Shown here piece after piece: positions 61,015-64,000 of a DNA stretch of 64,000 bases. The notes under the pieces are model-generated. The model did no database searches and was not told where the DNA came from. It was given only the letters and a program-made list of their open reading frames with translations. The translations under genes were made by a program, and so were the position numbers. The DNA lies in the NCBI GenBank assembly GCA_963799395.1, contig CAWCWZ010000060.1:3321-67320 (forward strand), given 5' to 3'. Every line of letters begins with the position of its first letter. Position 1 is the first letter of the stretch. Source of the DNA: an uncultured Actinomycetes bacterium. Its GTDB lineage: Bacteria > Actinomycetota > Thermoleophilia > UBA2241.

Positions 61015-61833
61015 TCACTCCACCGTGGCCGCAAGGCGCAGCGCCGCGAGGAACGTGGCGAACGTGGCCAGGAACCCGGGGCTCTCCATGCGGATGGTGC
61101 GGGCGTCGACGCGCTCGACCCCGGGGCAGAGCGCGGCCGCGTCGCAGTAGTCGGTGCGCGTGAACACGACGCGCAGCGAGCGTTCGTCCCAAGCGAGCGC
61201 CGCGGGTCGCTGCGCGGCCCGCGGCGCTCGCCGCGCACCGTCTCGCAGCAGGGTCCTCGTGACCTCGGGAGCGAGCAACCGGGCGCACGTCCTGGTGCGG
61301 GCCGCCTTGACGGCGATGCCCGTGACACCCGGCAGCAGCTCGCGGGCCTCGGCGACGGCGGCCTCGTCGCCCGAGACGAACACCACCGGCACGCCGAAGC
61401 AGCCGGCCACGGCGGCGTTCAGGGCCAACTCGCCGGCTTCGATCATGTCGTCGACCCGCACGCGGAAGACCTTGTAGGCGTAGGTGTGGTCGAGCACGGC
61501 GGCGGTCGTGCCGGCGCGGGCGTGATAGCCGACGAGCAGGGCCGCGTCGAAGCTCTCGTCGATGCCCGCCATCATGCCGAGGGGGGGCGGCGAGCCGCGC
61601 ACCAGCCGCACGGCGGGCGGCAGCCCGTCCGCCGAGAGGTTGGCGCCGCGATCGTGGGCGTCGCAGACGACGATCTCGTCGGCGCCGCCGGCGAGACAGC
61701 CCTCGATGACGGCGTCGAGGTCGCCCCGCATGAGCCTCCGGGCCTCCTCGTAGGCCGGGTTGCCGGGCTCGGTCTGCTCCTCGGTGACGACGCCGGTGCA
61801 GCCTTCGAGGTCGATGCTGACGAACAGCTTCAT
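61015..61833 (-). CDS. dppA: D-aminopeptidase DppA (M55 family)
   Basis: MKLFVSIDLEGCTGV..., M55 family homology. 272 aa. Confidence 0.75.
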   Translation of the reverse strand: MKLFVSIDLEGCTGVVTEEQTEPGNPAYEEARRLMRGDLDAVIEGCLAGGADEIVVCDAHDRGANLSADGLPPAVRLVRGSPPPLGMMAGIDESFDAALLVGYHARAGTTAAVLDHTYAYKVFRVRVDDMIEAGELALNAAVAGCFGVPVVFVSGDEAAVAEARELLPGVTGIAVKAARTRTCARLLAPEVTRTLLRDGARRAPRAAQRPAALAWDERSLRVVFTRTDYCDAAALCPGVERVDARTIRMESPGFLATFATFLAALRLAATVE

Positions 61834-61882
61834 CGCTGTCTGCGACCCGAGGCGCCCGCGCCGGCGATCGTCGCGGCGCCGC

Positions 61883-62956
61883 TCAGGCCCGCGGCGTGAA
61901 GTAGCCCGGCTCGAACACCTCGCCGAGACGACGTACGAGAGCGGCCACGAGGCGAGCGGCCGTCTCGAGGTCGTCGAGCTGCGCGACCTCGTGGGGCGAG
62001 TGCATGTAGCGCACCGGCATACCGAGGTTGAGGGCGGCCGTGCCGCCGCCGGCGGTCTGCAGACTCTCGTTGTCGGTCTGCGTGTCGCCGGGATAGGCCT
62101 TGACCTGCACCGGGATGCCCTCGGCGACCGCTACCTCCTGGAACAGGGCGAACAGGCCCGGGTTGCTGCCGCCGCCCCGTCCGAGCGAAGGACCGCCGCC
62201 GAGAACCAGGGTCCCGCCGGCGCGCCGCGGGTCGACTTCGGGCTGGTCGGTGGCGAAGTCGGCGTCGATCACGATCACGCAGTCGGGCTGCTGGCGGCGC
62301 GCCTGGACCTGCGCTCCCATGAAGCGGGTCTCCTCCTGCACGGTCGAGAGCGCGGTGAGGGCGGCGGCCCCCGGAGCGCCGGCGTAGAGCTCGAGCGCCC
62401 GGGCCGCGACGTACACGCCGACGCGATCGTCGAGCGCCCGGCCGGCGACGATGCCGCCGGCGAGCTCGACGAAGTGCGGGCTGAAGATGACGGGGTCGCC
62501 ACAGGCGATGCGCGCCAGCGCGGCGGCACGGTCGGGGGCGCCGATGTCGACCCACTGCTCGCTGAGCTCCGCGGCCTTGCCGCGCTCGGCTTCGGGGATC
62601 ATGTGCGTCGGCCGCTTGCCAACGACTCCGTCGACCGGCCCCTCGCGACCCTGGATGACGACGGCGCGGCCGGGCAGCAGCAGCGGATCGACGCTGCCGA
62701 GCTTGTCGAAGTAGACGAACCCCTGCTCGTCGACCCAGGTCACCTGCAGACCGATCTGGTCGGCGTGAGCGGCCACGACGACGTGCGGCGCGGCGCCCGG
62801 ATTGACCGTGGCGGTGACGTTGCCGAGCACGTCGGTCTCGGGGGCGGCGACCGGCGCCAGGCGCCGGCGCACGACCTCCTGCACGGGCTGTTCGAAGCCG
62901 CTCGGCCCCGAAGCCAGCACCAGATCGCGCAGGAACGCGATGTCGGCTGTTCTCAC
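61883..62956 (-). CDS. M42 family aminopeptidase (glutamyl aminopeptidase / FrvX-like)
   Basis: M42 peptidase metal-binding blocks. 357 aa. Confidence 0.75.
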   Translation of the reverse strand: MRTADIAFLRDLVLASGPSGFEQPVQEVVRRRLAPVAAPETDVLGNVTATVNPGAAPHVVVAAHADQIGLQVTWVDEQGFVYFDKLGSVDPLLLPGRAVVIQGREGPVDGVVGKRPTHMIPEAERGKAAELSEQWVDIGAPDRAAALARIACGDPVIFSPHFVELAGGIVAGRALDDRVGVYVAARALELYAGAPGAAALTALSTVQEETRFMGAQVQARRQQPDCVIVIDADFATDQPEVDPRRAGGTLVLGGGPSLGRGGGSNPGLFALFQEVAVAEGIPVQVKAYPGDTQTDNESLQTAGGGTAALNLGMPVRYMHSPHEVAQLDDLETAARLVAALVRRLGEVFEPGYFTPRA

Positions 62957-63297
62957 ACCTACCTCCTCTGATCGGGCCGCGCCATCCTATCAAAGGCCGG
63001 CCAGACGCGCGTCGCGCCGGCCGGTCCGCACGGCCCTGCTCGGTGGTGTTCGGGATCGTCCGCATGGTCCACACTACGAACGTGCGACCCTGCGACGCGG
63101 GCCGACCGCGGGCAGGCTCGTACCGTCTCACCTGGCTTTCAGCCGAACGAGGCGCGACCGCTGGCGCCGGTGTACGGCACTGGTTTATCGTGGTCGTTCT
63201 GAGGCTATGGTAGGGAGAGAGTACGAGGCGTCTCGGCCTGCTTTCCGATGGAGCGGCCGTCGATCGGCAAGACGAAGCTACGAAAGGGGGCGGGCGC

Positions 63298-63717
63298 ATG
63301 GAACGCATCAGACCAAAATGGCTCAAGAGCACCAAGGGTGCTCCCTTCACGGGGATCGGTTCGCTCGAGGCCGACATCCTCGCGATCATCTGGGAGCGCC
63401 AGCAGGCGACGGTGCGCGACGTCTACGAGACGCTCCGCGAGCAGCGCCAGATCGCCTACACGACCGTCATGACGGTCATGAACAACCTGGTCAAGAAGGA
63501 GCTGCTGACGCAGGACCGCACCAGCATCGCCTACGTCTACACGCCGGCCATCCCGGGCAACGAGGTGGCCAGCACGATCCTCGACAGCGTCGTCCAGCGG
63601 TTGTTTCGCGGCCGGACCAACCTCGCGCTCTCGCATCTGCTGGGGCTCGAGCGCGACCTCGACCCGGAGCAGGCCGAAGAGCTGCGCAAGTACGCCGAGA
63701 AGCACTTCGTCGCCTGA
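63298..63717 (+). CDS. blaI: BlaI/MecI/CopY family transcriptional repressor
   Basis: Winged helix repressor (TTVMTVMNNLVKKELL...) of 139 aa. No BlaR1 sensor follows. Confidence 0.8.
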   Translation: MERIRPKWLKSTKGAPFTGIGSLEADILAIIWERQQATVRDVYETLREQRQIAYTTVMTVMNNLVKKELLTQDRTSIAYVYTPAIPGNEVASTILDSVVQRLFRGRTNLALSHLLGLERDLDPEQAEELRKYAEKHFVA

Positions 63718-63756
63718 CCGCGGGCGGCCTGCCGGCCGCGATCTTCCGGCGTGACG

Positions 63757-63796
63757 CGGGCGGCGGCGGGTCGCGCGAGCGACCCGCCGCCGCCCG
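63757..63796. terminator. Perfect 18-bp-stem hairpin between convergent blaI and argS
   Basis: cgggcggcggcgggtcgc-gcga-gcgacccgccgccgcccg. Confidence 0.5.
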
Positions 63797-63843
63797 TTCT
63801 CCTTGAGTCCGGCCCCCGTGGCCGCGCGGCGAGCGCCGGCGCC

Positions 63844-64000
63844 TACATGCTCTGCGGCGCGCTCACCCCGAGCAGCTCCAGTCCCCTCGCTAGCGTCGCG
63901 CGCGTCGCCACGCACAGGCCCGTACGGAAGGCCGCCACCTCGGGATCGTCGGTCAGCACCCGGCAGTTGCGGTAGAAGACGTGGAACTCGGTGGCAAGCT
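63844..64000 (-). CDS. argS: Arginine--tRNA ligase, C-terminal fragment (gene continues past window end)
   Basis: The minus-strand reading ends in ...EFHVFYRNCRVLTDDPEVAAFRTGLCVATRATLARGLELLGVSAPQSM*, matching the ArgS DALR-domain C-terminus. Confidence 0.5.

Overview
This 64 kb window is very high-GC (about 70%) and shows a Firmicutes-type gene order (gltX-cysS-rlmB-yacP-sigH, with a Bacillus Spo0H-like sigma factor), so it likely comes from a Symbiobacterium/Thermaerobacter-like high-GC Firmicute. Most of the window is ordinary core genome, including tRNA synthetases, gatCAB, a leucine-like operon, tldD/pmbA, uppP, a cold-shock protein, trehalose synthesis genes, peptidases and tRNA-Gly. 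It also contains the Wood-Ljungdahl methyl-branch genes fhs-fchA-folD next to a NuoEF-like flavoprotein module. The main finding is a complete pyrrolysine system in a scattered layout at 18.7-28.4 kb. It consists of split pylS (pylSc and pylSn, 3 kb apart on opposite strands), a methylamine-type corrinoid protein, a canonical tRNA-Pyl (CUA anticodon) and pylB-pylC-pylD. The pylBCD genes are co-oriented with an upstream tungsten-type aldehyde:ferredoxin oxidoreductase, a polyferredoxin and a nitroreductase. This roughly 7 kb block (24.9-31.7 kb) carries at least 14 single-base frameshifts, against only two in the other roughly 57 kb. That points either to recent decay of the pyl/AOR module or to localised consensus indel errors in extreme-GC DNA. 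No Pyl-dependent methyltransferase (mttB/mtbB/mtmB) is present in the window, and TAG is a common stop codon here, including in pyl-adjacent genes. A second notable region is a lower-GC island of three genes (42.4-46.0 kb), bracketed by perfect hairpins and an Lrp regulator. Because of the high GC content, many long ORFs in the six-frame track are antisense artefacts. Coordinates I derived by hand may be off by 1-3 nt.
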